Shown here piece by piece: positions 1-11,951 of a stretch of 64,000 nucleotides of DNA (position 1 is the first letter of the stretch; every line of letters begins with the position of its first letter). The notes below the pieces were generated by a model, which saw only the letters and a program-made list of their open reading frames with translations, did no database searches and was not told the DNA's origin. A program made the translations under genes and the position numbers. The DNA comes from Diadema antillarum (Eukaryota): contig NW_027270990.1 of the NCBI RefSeq assembly GCF_040938485.1, positions 310,001 to 374,000 on the forward strand, written 5' to 3'.

Positions 1-198
1 GGTCTAATCTGCATCTTTCTTGTGGGGTAGTACATGATAAAACATTGCTGTACATGGACACAGGTTGACACTTGGCTTATTGGGATACACAAGGGTTTCC
101 AAGACACATTAATCTACAGTACACTCACAATCACATGGGCAGATGAACGTATGGATATACACACACACAAAAAAAAAAATCAGCAGACACATACACAA

Positions 199-212
199 AC
201 AGACAGACAGAT

Positions 213-248
<36 letters not shown>

Positions 249-259
249 CACACACACAC
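199..259. repeat. (GACA)n/(CA)n microsatellite
   Basis: Visible tandem gaca units followed by a CA run, in an XPO1 intron. Confidence 0.95.
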
Positions 260-296
260 CATACAGCAACATGCCCAAGAAAGAATAGAGACCTAC

Positions 297-411
297 CATG
301 ACAAACTGGCACAGCTGAAACACCTGAGAGAACTCATTACACATGCTGTCCTTGAGATGCTTGGCCTTGGCCTGGGTCATCTGTCCACTGGAGAAGTCAA
401 ACACTTCCTCA
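297..411 (-). CDS. XPO1: Exportin-1 coding exon 5 ((S)[38 protein letters not shown]); the gene continues beyond position 1
   Basis: Matches human [39 protein letters not shown]. Acceptor CTGCAG, donor GTAGGT, 115 nt, phase 2/0. The split codon AG+T gives Ser. Confidence 0.97.
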
Positions 412-1253
412 CTGCAGAGAAAAAGCAAACATCCAAGACCAGAGTCAGTTACTTCTATCCGCTCGCAGAAAAGCCTGGATTATCCAGGGTCCATTTTTTT
501 TTTCCTCACCACACCCTAGTTACATCTTTGACCTGTATCTCATCATACCATAAAAAGGTCTTTTTTGTGTGTGCTCAGCTGGGTAATATGAATTTGCTGT
601 GTTTTTTAATACCACGGTATCATGACATTAAATGCTGAAACATATGTCATGCAAACATATTCCCGTCATTTTATTTTTGCGCTAGGTTGTTGTGCGAAAT
701 GTGCAAAAATTTCCACTTTTACAGTTAGTCTGTAAAAGGTAGGTACATTTCCAGTATATATCTCTAGATGCTTGCTTGGTATCATAAGACAACTTGTATT
801 TTTTTTTCCTATTCCCCTTTCATAACAGTCTCCTCCATCACCCCCCCCCCCCCCCCTCCTTTCAATCTTGGTACACACAAACCAAGAAACAACGGAAAGA
901 AGCAATGATCTAGACTGACATTTAACATGGTCAACTCAGTCTTGGTTCTATGCTGGTGTATGGAAACTCAAAATTTTTTTTTGACAAACTAATATAAGAC
1001 TTCCAGCACTTGACTGAAACACTGGGGGTCAAAAACATCAAAGCCCTTTTGTTTTTTCTTTTATCTTTTATCTTAGCAACAAAGCTCTGTGACTTGTAAC
1101 CTGTATGATGATCAGCACATGAAGCACTGGTTCTGCAAAACAATACTGTCCATTCAACAACTTCCTGCATTTCCTTTCTTATATTTAGAAAACTACAAAA
1201 GGTGTCTATAGCTTCAAGGACAGACTTAGGTAGTGGTTGGTGTAAGGGCATAC

Positions 1254-1414
1254 CTTAGCAGTTTCAAAATGGCAAGGTTATTCTGACACAGCGATTCGTT
1301 TGTCTTGCTTGCTCCAACTATGTCGCTGATGAAGGACGGCCAATTCCTTGGCCATTCATGCTTCAGGATTTGTACCAAGATGATGTTGAGTTTGCTCAGA
1401 TACACTTTTTCTTT
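1254..1414 (-). CDS. XPO1: Exportin-1 coding exon 4 ([53 protein letters not shown])
   Basis: Matches the Xpo1 domain. Acceptor TTCCAG, donor GTATGC, 161 nt, phase 0/2. Confidence 0.97.
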
Positions 1415-1710
1415 CTGGAAAGGAGAAAAAGAAAACAGATACAATAACTTCATCTCAGTTATAAAAACAAATAATAATGATGAACTGTACAAAAACAAAT
1501 CAAAATCTGGTTTCTGCACCAATAAGGTTCAATGGGAAAATTCTCAAATTATCCTCCCCTGTTTAAACTGCCATGGTACTAGCAGCGTTTTCAAAACCGA
1601 AATTCATCTTGTTTGTACACATCTAATTTTATTTGAGAATAGTGACTATGGAGTGTTAACACAACCTCCCAGCCAAATACAAAGGTACACATCTCATTAC
1701 ACAAACTTAC

Positions 1711-1845
1711 ATCAGCCATATCCTGTTCTGATGAGATCTTGATGATAAGCCCTACTGTGTACTTCTTGATTCCTTCGCACTGTGTCCTCGGCAGCACCTT
1801 CCATCGAGTTTTGATGACGTTCTCAAGGATCTGTAGCCCATAGTA
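1711..1845 (-). CDS. XPO1: Exportin-1 coding exon 3 (YYGLQILENVIKTRWKVLPRTQCEGIKKYTVGLIIKISSEQDMAD)
   Basis: Near-identical to human YYGLQILENVIKTRWKILPRNQCEGIKKYVVGLIIK. Acceptor AAACAG, donor GTAAG, 135 nt, phase 0/0. Confidence 0.97.
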
Positions 1846-3020
1846 CTGTTTAGAAGTTGAAACAACATGCTCAAAAATTAGGAAGTAATACTGAAACAGA
1901 GACCCTTATGTAAAACAAACACACATTAATGAAGAACAATTTGACTGCACAATTTACTGGATACCTCAGCAATCTCACAAATAACTATATTCCCCACAAA
2001 TACAGCCCTTCATAAACATCTAGAGGAAGTTAATTAAATCTTTACCACAGACCCAGAGGATTGACTTTTAACTCTTCTCAAAAAAGGGAATACTAGTATT
2101 TGCCACATCATTGCTATCCATCATTTCTACATGAATATGATCTACCAGGTATTTTTATTCACTTACGCATAAGAGAGCTTTAGAATTTTAATCTTATCTT
2201 TTATGTATAAATTGTCGTTAAACTAGCCAGTCCACAGGACATCTGTAATCTGTGTATTTCTAAGGAGGGAAAATCTATCACAGAAGGCCTGAGGAGGCTG
2301 CAGTTTCAGTGTCATGTGTCCCATGAAGAGTTTACAAACATATACATTATGTTTATGAACTCATATACAAGTACCCTTTTTTAGACTGGGCCAAAGTCAA
2401 TATTCGGAGTATCACCTTGGCTTGAGGCACACATTTTATTGATCACATGACACAAACGGTTCAAAATGCTATCAACAGCCATTTCCATACTCCACGATTT
2501 ACCACATCCAGAAGCAATTCTTTACATGGAAAACACATACAGAACGGCAGTTAACTGCAGACAGATAGACTGATCTAGGAAATAGGCAGACAGAGTGATT
2601 ATGAGAGACAGAAAGACAAACAGAGAACTTGCCAGACACTGAACAAACAGAAAAATGTTCTTGTTCCTTCCTCTATGGGCCTGAAGATACTTGCCTTTGC
2701 ATTAATACTGGATTCTTTGTACTTGAAAAATAGAACAATGTTTATTTATTCTTCACTGGCTTCAATTTCACTTTCTTTTATTTGTGAAGCTTTAATGTAA
2801 CATTCTCACTTTATCTTTCCAATTATCACTATGATGACAATGATCCTGACTATGAGAACTTTCATCATATAACAGACTTCGACTGACTTGGTACTTCTTC
2901 TGGGCTTTAATCCAACAGGGCCCTGGATGTATGAGCATTAACGAAAAGAGATCCATCTAAGGGCCAGAAGTAAACCGTCTATTTTACCATGTTTTGTCTC
3001 AAAATACTTGATGGACTTAC

Positions 3021-3122
3021 TTTTGTTTGTTGATTGCTGGAGTATTCCAGTATGGTGTCCACTCTTGTCCATGCATCAGGATGTTCTTTTAGGCTGGTAA
3101 GGATCTGCTGAGCCATTTGTTG
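3021..3122 (-). CDS. XPO1: Exportin-1 coding exon 2 (QQMAQQILTSLKEHPDAWTRVDTILEYSSNQQTK), importin-beta N-terminal domain
   Basis: Contains the invariant LKEHPDAWTRVDTILE motif. Acceptor TCTTCCAG, donor GTAAGT, 102 nt, phase 0/0. Confidence 0.97.
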
Positions 3123-3772
3123 CTGGAAGAAATCAAAAGCATTTGGACATTGTTCATTCATGTACACTGCATATATTTTGCAAATGAGAAGGATGTACTC
3201 TTTTCTTCCATTTTTCTCACAATATCCCTTCTCTTAGAGACACTGAGTGGAGTGTAATGATAGAGCATTAACAAACAGTTCAATCAAGATGTATACCCTC
3301 AAATTGTAACATACATGTACACACTTCAGCAGAAGATTGCATCCAGTACGGAAGAGGAATGTACAATATAATGCACACTGTATCACTGGGGTGCTTCAAG
3401 AAGAGGCTGAAAAAGTAACAAAGTTTATGCAATGATCGCAAAAGCTCACTTCAGCCTTGGGATCAGGTAAGCTTTTAAAAAAAAAAAGTTTCGCAAAAAC
3501 AGACATCAGTGTTTTGTTACAAGCCATATTCAGGCTCTTTTGTGAAAGAATACATTAACAAAGCAAACTGAAATGTGTTTATTATCTAATTATTCAATAT
3601 ATATAGTTTATATGTATGCATACAGCATAATACTTCTAGTGTGCCATGTACTTGCACACTATGTGCACTGATTGAACTATCATGAGCCAACAATTTGCAC
3701 TTAGTAACCATGACTTACCAGGTACACTGCAAGTTGCTTTGCTCTAATACCACTGGGAAAAAAAACCCTAAA

Positions 3773-5102
3773 AACTAGAAATGTCGCTATGACGACTGAT
3801 GCCTCCGCCATAATGCATGATTCTCCCAATAGGTGTATAGTGTAGTACAATGCCTTCACAATGTGTGATGACAGTTTCACATAAATGGCAAAATACTGAA
3901 ATGACAGGTTTGTCAGAAATATCTTGAATGTTCACTTTCCTTGAACTGGGTTTGCTACAATTGTCTAAGAGTGCAGGTACACATATTTGGGGAATTGAGG
4001 ATTTTTACTTGACTTCTGACCGACCCTTTTATAAGTTTATGCATTGAGTAATTCTCAAGGTATGAAAAAAGAGTGTAATTACAGTACAAAATTGATTTGT
4101 TTTTTTTTGCATTTAAACCTGACCTTTGACCCTTAACCTTTGACCTTCTGGCTGGAAATTTCCCAGAGAATATCCATTATGTAATACATGTACATAGTTT
4201 TAAAACTAATAATGCAAGCATTGCATATACTAGTACATGAGGGAAATAGTAAAATTTTGAGGAGTTGATCTTGACCTTCGACCCCCCTGACTATTGACCC
4301 ATGACCCCTCAGTTCCCTAGATAATCCCTGCCAGTCACTACATCCGTATGTACCAAGTTCCATGAAAATACATTGAACCATTTGTGAGAAAAGGGAAATT
4401 GTAACATTTTCACCTCACCTTTGACCTTTCAACCTTTGACCTTATGATATATGAAACTCTCTCTGGAGAATCTTTACGCAGTAATACATGTCTGCACTAA
4501 GTTTCAAGAAAATACCTTTGAGCATTGCATAGATATGGGGGAAATAGCAACATTTTTAGCATTTGACCTTAACCTTGACCTTTTGACCTTTGACCTCTTG
4601 CAATGTCACTAAAATCTACTCAACTAATTGCCCTATCATACATTATCCTTGGACCAAGTTTGGTGAAAGCTGCTTCATCCAGTTTTGAGTTATCACGTAA
4701 ACAGATAAATTTTAGGATTTGACCTTCATCTTTGACCTTTGACCTCTGTCCAATTTCACTCAAAAACTAATAAAGTGATTGTCCCATCACACATCATCCT
4801 CCGACAAAGTTTGGTGAAATTTGCTTGATCCAGTCTTGAGTTATCGCATAAAGAGATACAATTTCATGATTTGACCTTGACCATTGACCGTTGACCTTTG
4901 GCCGATTTCACCCAAAATCTAATCAAGTAATTGCCCCCATCATACTTTATACTTGGACCAAGTTTGGTAAAATTCCAGTCAATATTACTCAAGTTATCGC
5001 GTAAACAAATGCGGACGGACGTACAGACGTACGGACGGACAAACAACCCGAAAACATAATGCCTCCGGCACCACTTCGTGGCGGAGGCATAAAAAAAAAA
5101 AA
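3773..5102 (+). mobile_element. Non-autonomous Helentron/HINE (DINE-1-like) element A
   Basis: 5' subterminal ATGCCTCCGCCA (3799) is inverted relative to 3' TGGCGGAGGCAT (5079-5090). 3' stem-loop ATGCCTCCG...CGGAGGCAT. GGAC/GTAC microsatellite at 5013-5041. Internal TGACCTTTGACC-rich repeats about 150 bp apart. A-rich flanks. Confidence 0.75.
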
Positions 5103-5112
5103 AACACTAGTA

Positions 5113-5998
5113 TGGGCCATGACGCGAGAAAAGGGCCCTTAGAGCCGCTGCGTGCAAACGCCACAAAACGGCGCGGAAGTTTGACAAAGCAATACGCGCA
5201 AAAAGAGATCAACTAGCTAACTGTGCAAACATGCATAGACGCATCAAAAAGTGACAGGATTTGGACAAAACATGTTTTTTTAAAGGACAAGTTCACCTTC
5301 ATAAACATAAGGATTGAGAGAATGTAGCAATATTAGTAGAACACATCTTTGAAAGTTTGAGGAAAATTGGACAATCCGTTCAAAAGTTATGAATTTTTGA
5401 AGTTTTTGTGCAGTAACCGCTGGATGAGAAGACTACTGCAGTGTGTGAAAAACTTAGATGTCACATGCGTACAACAATATAAGGAAAATATAAAGAGAAT
5501 TTCACAAAATTTCATCTTATGAAAAAAGTACACATTCCCCCGACTCGTTACCGACAAATGTTATGGATAATATTATTCCCCCTGCCTTTAGAAAGAGGCA
5601 AGTCAAGTGCTCTTTTATTATGCGAAAAAAGTGAAAATATGTTGAATTTTCTTCATATTTTCTTTATACTGTTGTACGCATATGACTCACAAGCTGTAGT
5701 AGTCTCCTCATCCAGCGGTTCCAAAACAGAAATTTTAAAAATTCATAACTTTTGCATCGATTGTCCAATTTTCCTCAAACTTTCACTGATGTGTTCTACT
5801 AATATTGTTGCATTCTCTCAATCCTTATGTTTATGAAGGTGAACTTGTCCTTTAATGTCGTAATTGGGGCATTTAGGAGTGGAATTTTAGAAAGAGGCCT
5901 GCATATCTGAATACGTCAGAGTCCTTCTACAATGTGGAGGTGGAAAATCATTTTCAGTATTCAATGCCCTAAGGACCTTTTTCTCGCGTCATGGCCCA
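5113..5998. mobile_element. MITE with about 30-bp TIRs and TA target duplication, interrupted by a nested Kolobok-type MITE
   Basis: Left end TA|TGGGCCATGACGCGAGAAAAGGGCCCTTA. Right end TAAGGACCTTTTTCTCGCGTCATGGCCCA|TA. Confidence 0.85.
5284..5851. mobile_element. Kolobok-type MITE (TTAA TSD, AG...CT termini, about 165-bp TIRs)
   Basis: TTAA|AGGACAAGTTCACCTTCATAAACATAAGGATTGAGAGAATG... mirrored by ...CATTCTCTCAATCCTTATGTTTATGAAGGTGAACTTGTCCT|TTAA. Confidence 0.85.
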
Positions 5999-6700
5999 TA
6001 TAAATGTTTTTGATTTCTGAATTACATTGACCCCAGCTCACAACAGCTTGTGATGCTACTTGGAATTTCAGTCTAGGGCATAATTGTTTAACCTTGTCTA
6101 CTACAAAGACGTGCAGCTTGAACTAGGGCAGGAGAGATTTTAAAAAGCAGAATGTGATGCCACTTTCAGTGAATTTGACAACTGAAGTGTATTCAGGTGT
6201 AGAGCAAAGTCCTTTTATATAACTCTTTTTTGTACGACTTATTTTCTCCTAGTACGCTACACTGTAAAACTGTTCCAGAGATAAGAAACATATCTCAAAG
6301 GCAGTCAGAATAAAGTTAACTGCTACAAAAGATACTCTATTTCAAGTCAAAAAGCCAGCCCACTCACATTCATGTAGACATAGAGACAGGAGAAAAAGCA
6401 AAATCACAGAAAGGAAGAAAAGTATGCAATTGTTAAATTTCAATGTGTTATCATGGACTGAACGATGACATCACTTCCACCATATAACACATCAGCTAAA
6501 TAAGGTATGAATGTAATTCATCTGAAATTTCTTCAGTGGTTGGTACTCAAAAGATGAAATTTAATTCTTACAACTTTTTTCACTACTTTACAAGATACAA
6601 TTTCATAATGATTTCACATTTCCCCCCTCCATTTCAGAGAAAAGCACATAAACTACATGCTGTATCACTTGCCTGATGAGGTACATGGAAAGATTACTGA

Positions 6701-7055
6701 TTTACCTCCACTAAATGAATGAAGGTGGTTATGTTTTTGCTGTTGTTGGCTTGTTTTAATCTGTCTGTTTGCATATAGCTAAAAAGTTACAAACTGATTT
6801 GGATGAAATTTTCTGGAAACGTTGACATTAAATGGCCAGCTTGCTTTTGCAACCGTCAGAGCCACTGTGCTGATGGCCAGAAAGTACAGTGGAAGCAGCA
6901 ACGGCTGGTCGGCAGTGAGGGTATCTGCTGATGGTGAAGGAATCTACAAATGCAAATGATATGAATATAGTCGACTACAATATAGAGCAGAATCACATTA
7001 TGGGTGGAAATGAGCTGTTTGGTGGAAGTCTGTGCTCTCCGAGTGCGATTTGAGT
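6701..7055 (-). mobile_element. Degenerate short HINE-like element
   Basis: TTACCTCCAC...GAAGGTGGTTATGTTTT, then TCTGTCTGTTTG, then a far end GGTGGAAGTCTGTGCTCTCCGAGTGC. Same layout as the other HINEs but decayed. Confidence 0.4.
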
Positions 7056-7125
7056 TTTTGCTTATGAATCCTTTTCTTTGACGATATCATCCTAATACAG
7101 TAAATATATCTAGTTGTTTTCTTAC

Positions 7126-7251
7126 CTCAGGGCCTTCTCCATTGTACATGCAGCCCACCACAGTGTCTAGCAGGTTGATGTCGAGCTTCTGACTAAAGTC
7201 GAGCAGCTTGGCTGCCTGCTCAGCCAAGGTGGCCATACTTTGTGAAGGCAT
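7126..7251 (-). CDS. XPO1: Exportin-1 coding exon 1 (MPSQSMATLAEQAAKLLDFSQKLDINLLDTVVGCMYNGEGPE, 42 codons)
   Basis: Manual translation matches the exportin-1 N-terminus (human ...AARQLLDFSQKLDINLLDNVVNCLYHGEGAQ). ATG is at 7251-7249 and the donor GTAAG at 7125-7121. The exon extends upstream as 5' UTR to an acceptor (TTTACAG) at about 7322. Missed by the ORF track. Confidence 0.95.
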
Positions 7252-8945
7252 TGATCACCCAGGAGCAAGCAACACTTTCCGTCTTGGAGCTGTCCTTGGA
7301 GTATCTAGTGCCGACTCCCTGCTGTAAAGGAAGGGTGCAAAAAAGCAACTGACGCATAAATATAAGAGTGAGATACAGGTGGCTCTGTTCAGGTCAAAGT
7401 TATTTCTACAGCACTTTTTATTCATTTATTTTTCAAAGTGAAAAGGTAGAAATGCTAGTTTGGCCAGATCATACTAAAAAAAAGAAAAATAATAATAAAT
7501 AAATATATGGGATAAAATTTGCTTTATGCCTTGGCAAAAACATACAAAAATCTTCCTGTGAAGCATCATAGCCTTGATACAGATTCAATTTATGTTCTTT
7601 ATGTTTTGAAGCACTTTTATTTTGTGACATTCTAAGCCTTAACATGAAGGGCAACATAATGTCTATTACTGCTGATCTGATGTACATGTAAGTACAGAAT
7701 TAATGCACTGCAGTGAGAGTGCCTCCCAGAATTCCAGACAAGAGTGTACAGTTAATCAAAACTTCTCAAATAAAGGACTCATTCAGATGAGTCAAACACT
7801 GCTCTTATCTCCATCTAGATTCTCAAATCATAAAAAACAACACAGTTGAGTACTTTCCCCCATCCTAGATACACGGTACTAATGATAAAAAACCCAGGCT
7901 GTCATTTGCATATTTGACTGCCCGAGGAAGTGCAATACACAAATAGGCAAATATTTAAAATTTCATCAACTTTCTCATTTTCAATAACATTCTAGGCATG
8001 CACAGTTCAGAATATTGAAGTGGTTAGCACTTGCATCAGAAAGTTTGTTTGTTTGTTTTGGCCAAGTGTGAACAATGGCAATAAAATTGAATTTTGCATT
8101 GCAATGTAAAAAATGATAACTCTGCATTGTGTTTGAATGGCCCTTTCAATCATTTTCACTGCTAGTGTTAGACATCCAGATGCAACCAGTTAGATGAATC
8201 CTATCTGATGCCAAGCATCAACGTGAGCTTGAGTCACATACTATTACACCAGTGAAGACAAGTGGAGAATTCAATGTACTGGTAAGTTTATTTCACCTTA
8301 CATAATGTTCTCTTGGAGTGATCAATAGAACCGCCATTTTCACCTATAGATACTTTTAATACACTGTATACACCCCTTATACACAGTCTACATACACACC
8401 AACTGATGATTTCTATTACATTATCCATAATCATGCTTTACTTGACGATAACGGGACCATAGGTTCCACAATAATTCAGCTTTCTTTCAATTGAAGACAG
8501 GAACTCAAAACACCAATCAATAAATTCTCTAATTAACAGAATTTACCTGCTTGTACTCTTAACTCAAACAAAACTAAAACACTACACATACATGTAAACA
8601 ACATATACATGTAGCTACTGTCAGCTGTAATTTAATGGACAATACAAACATAAAAAGACATGGCATGATGAAAATTCATTGTATCAGCAAATATCAGTAA
8701 AAATAAAAAATTGACTTCCACTTTAAGACGAAGGGTTTTCGTTAATCCCAATAAATTCGCCTTTATAGGCAAGGTTGACTGTTCATACTTGACAGTATCA
8801 TCGAACTACATATTAGAACCATCAACATCCAACATAAAGTTGCAGTTTGCTAATACTTAAATGACTTTAACAAACTTTGATCTCCTGACCCAGAAATTTA
8901 CGACATGTGTAGCTACTGACAAATCACTCATATTCCCCTTTCAAT

Positions 8946-9016
8946 CAATAAAACTGTGTCTGCAACAGTCAATAAAACTGTGTCTGCAACAGTCAATAAA
9001 ACTGTGTCTGCAACAG
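8946..9016. repeat. Perfect 24-bp tandem repeat x3 (CAATAAAACTGTGTCTGCAACAGT)
   Basis: Units start at 8946, 8970 and 8994. Confidence 0.95.
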
Positions 9017-9038
9017 ACAAAAAAATATAAATAAAATC

Positions 9039-11116
9039 AAGAACGAGACATGAAAACTCGTCACATTGAGGACGAGTTAGGTGATACGCTTGGGGTCATC
9101 AGATGACAGTCATCTGTGATCGACAAAGAAAAGAATGTGATATAGGCACCTTGAAGTTATATTGAGCGTGCATGGGAAACCGTTTCTGTAACCACTCGGC
9201 CACGGGTCATGAACGGAAATGGTTAGACAAATAAAAACAACAATGTATAGATATAACAGGGGGAAAGTCAATGCCCACTCAACTAACGTGGCCGTGTGAA
9301 CATCTATTGCATTGCTAGACGGAAAAGCGGCCTTGTAACGACTGAGGTCGCTATGCCATTTCTGGCAACTTGGGAAAAATACGTCCCGCAGACATAAAAC
9401 CTATAATCGGCTGGTTTTCATACCTTGCCTTTAATCACAATTTTCAGTGTAATGACGTCATCAAATTACAAAACAATGACATCGTCTTGAAAGACAATTG
9501 TTCAAAGTACAACACCTCAGTCGTCGTCATTACATACTATGATCGGTTTGACAAAGTCAACCTGGAAAATTTTGCTGCAGTCGAAGCAATGTGGTCTCCA
9601 ACACACAAAAAAGAGGGATATGGCGTGTGTGTGTGTCTGTGTGTGTGTATAGGTGCGTTTATATACGAACGTGATTTCTACATGGACGAATATGTAATAC
9701 AAAATTGAAGAAAAAAAAGTAAAATAGCTAAGTATTTTGTTTCGTGATCTTGTGGGGTTCGAACCCGCAACCTCACGTCTCTGAGACGTCGCCTTTAACC
9801 ACTCGGCCATACGTCTCCACGAGAAAACATGAGGAACGCAAACTTATGTATGTGAAAGATGAATCAGGAATCGTTTCGTCCACATTCCATTCTCATTTTC
9901 AGTTTTAAACTGCAAAATTGTCAACCTGATGAGGAGATTTCGAAGAAGAAAATGCATGATTATTGCAGCTTATTGTCTCAGCTACAACATACTTAAGTTT
10001 CAGAGGAAATGAAGCAGAATCAGCTGAGATAAAGGTGCTTAAACGTTGTCAAGTCAATGCATGGTTTTAAAAAAGATCCCCTCCCATAGACATAACACGT
10101 AAACTTGTCCGATTTTGCGTCTTTACCTTTAATCACAATTTAAAGTATGATGACGTCATTAAATTTCAAAACCATGACATGGACCTGAAAGGCAAATGTT
10201 CAAAGTACAACATATCTGAATTTGGGATAATATTGAGCTTAAACAACAGAGATACGAGCAAATGAATGTCAGAAACAGTACCTCAAAAAAATTAATTCCA
10301 CTTTTTTGATTTCAGATGATGATATGATGACGTCATAATGTAATTATGGAAATATTAATACTTGAAACGTTATTTCCAATTCATATGTTTTTGTAATATG
10401 CAATAAAAACATAGGGTAACCAGACGTTTTAAAGAGCTATGGCGAAATAAACAAAGACATGTTTTTCGCTATATTTGCACAAAGACGCGCACACGAAATT
10501 TCAACTTTGACGCCAACGCATTCCTTTGTTATAGGTCAAAATTGATCGGAAATCAATGGATATTGTTACTTAATGTATCAGGAATCCAAATCTGTCAAAA
10601 AATGTGCATTTTCAGTTTGCTTACGCGCACTACGCGCGAAAATGTGCGGACGGACGCGAACGCGCGAAACGCTTAAAATTGTCTGAAACTTCGAGATTTC
10701 CCATTGGTAAGTTGTTTTGAGCCTTTTAAAAGTTTGACGCGCGCGTACGCGCGCGTAATAATGTCTTAGGTAATTAGCATTAAAATGTATGATAGAGCGT
10801 GACCTGAACTTAATGTCCGCCGAAAATGATACAGACATGACCTTTAGATATGAAGTTATGATCGATCATGTAACATGGTCCGAAAATCACAAAATGGCGC
10901 CTAGATGACGTCATAGATATGTTACTGTCATGAAAACCTTATTGTGGCTAGATTTTGTCATGAGACATGTTCCCTGAAAATGTCATGTTATTCCGTAATG
11001 TCATTCTTGAGATATTGATGACACAAAATTGTCCAGAAAGAAAGAAGAATAAAAAGAAATAAAGAGAGATTTTGACAATCACAATAGGTGATACGCTGAT
11101 AGCGTATCACCTAATT
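9039..11116 (+). mobile_element. Non-autonomous Helentron/HINE element B (about 2.1 kb) carrying a tRNA-like cassette
   Basis: 5' subterminal TAGGTGATACGCT (about 9078). 3' hairpin TAGGTGATACGCT-GAT-AGCGTATCACCTA (about 11085-11113). AAG/AAT-rich tract at 11040-11065. Internal diverged duplication (about 9421-9520 vs about 10121-10215). Confidence 0.7.
9745..9817 (-). pseudogene. tRNA-like (Leu-CAG-like) sequence, probably non-functional, inside HINE B
   Basis: AGACGTATGGCCGAGTGGTTAAAGGCGACGTCTCAGAGACGTGAGGTTGCGGGTTCGAACCCCAC contains A-box TGGCCGAGTGG and B-box GGTTCGAACCC, a D-stem GCC/GGC, and an ACGT stem around loop CT-CAG-AG. The acceptor stem does not pair. Confidence 0.6.
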
Positions 11117-11265
11117 ATAAACATGTTCCTTTGGGCGCTTTTTCATGCAACTGCAAGAAAAGTGCCCAAAGGCTGGTGGACAGCAAAATTCACAAAGAAA
11201 GTGAACCTGTAATACCTAATAAGTGATTACTTTGCAGAGAAACTTGAGTACCGGTAGGTACTCAC

Positions 11266-11450
11266 AGTGTGGAATCGTAATTTGGAACAATATAAGGCCT
11301 ATGCACAAGATCAGGTTAGTTCTGATTCTATTTTTCTCTTTACAAATACAATGTATTTGTGATAACAAAATTATATCAGACTTCAGTTTCATGGGGTTGA
11401 TTCGTGTGTGGAGAGGTGAGAATCACAGAAAAAGGCGCCGAAAATTTCGA
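11266..11450 (-). other. XPO1: Candidate non-coding first exon / TSS region of XPO1
   Basis: The first coding exon begins with a splice acceptor, so an upstream UTR exon must exist. There is a good minus-strand donor (CACACT|GTGAGTAC) at 11266/11265 just below a CpG-richer block (about 11420-11530). The 5' boundary is a guess. Confidence 0.3.
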
Positions 11451-11650
11451 GTCGGATCAGGTCCGGAGGTGCAGCAGCTCTACACTGAGTGAACCCGCAG
11501 GCGCCCTTGCTTCAGTGGGTCGCTGCACATCAGTTTGTTTAAAAAAAAAAAAAAAAAGATCGTCAAAAAGTGCAGACAGAATTTTTCTTCTTCTTTTCAT
11601 CATGGACAGTGGACATGCACGTGTATCAACAAAAATCACTGTGCAAACTA

Positions 11651-11857
11651 CTGTAAAACGAGAAATTTTCGCGTGCATTTTAATTTCGCGAATTTCGCGA
11701 GCGCCAAAATTTGCGAAATTAAAATGCACGCAAAAGCTTTTGTATACACTACATGCATTGAATGCCAGTAGCAATTCGCAAAAATTTCATGCCACGAAAA
11801 AGGCTGTCGGCTCCAATTCGCGAAAATTTCATGCCGTGAATATATCATGTTTTACAG
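11651..11857. mobile_element. TA-flanked MITE, CTGTAAAAC...GTTTTACAG family, copy 1 (TcMar-like)
   Basis: TA|CTGTAAAAC ... GTTTTACAG|TA with internal TTCGCGAA repeats. Near-identical to the copy at 27775-27964. Confidence 0.85.
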
Positions 11858-11951
11858 TAACTTGCAACAATGTCAGATGTGAGATGGGCGAGACGTGAAC
11901 AAACCCCTCTTGAGCATCACGGACCAAGGGTCTCACAAACATCCCCACATT

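Noticed and set aside
60-130. LETLVY-like peptide as the next XPO1 exon (human TLETLLRFLNW)
   Set aside because: The rest of the frame does not match exportin-1 and hits a stop. The next exon lies outside the window.
2831-2886. C/D-box-like pair ATGATGA...CTGA
   Set aside because: Only about 56 nt, antisense to the host XPO1 intron and without a terminal stem. Likely chance.
9745-9817. Functional tRNA-Leu gene
   Set aside because: The acceptor stem does not pair, the anticodon stem is 4 bp and there is no long variable arm. Kept only as a tRNA-like relic.
11404-11898. 164-aa ORF upstream of XPO1
   Set aside because: It runs through a poly-A tract and a MITE, with no protein-like composition.
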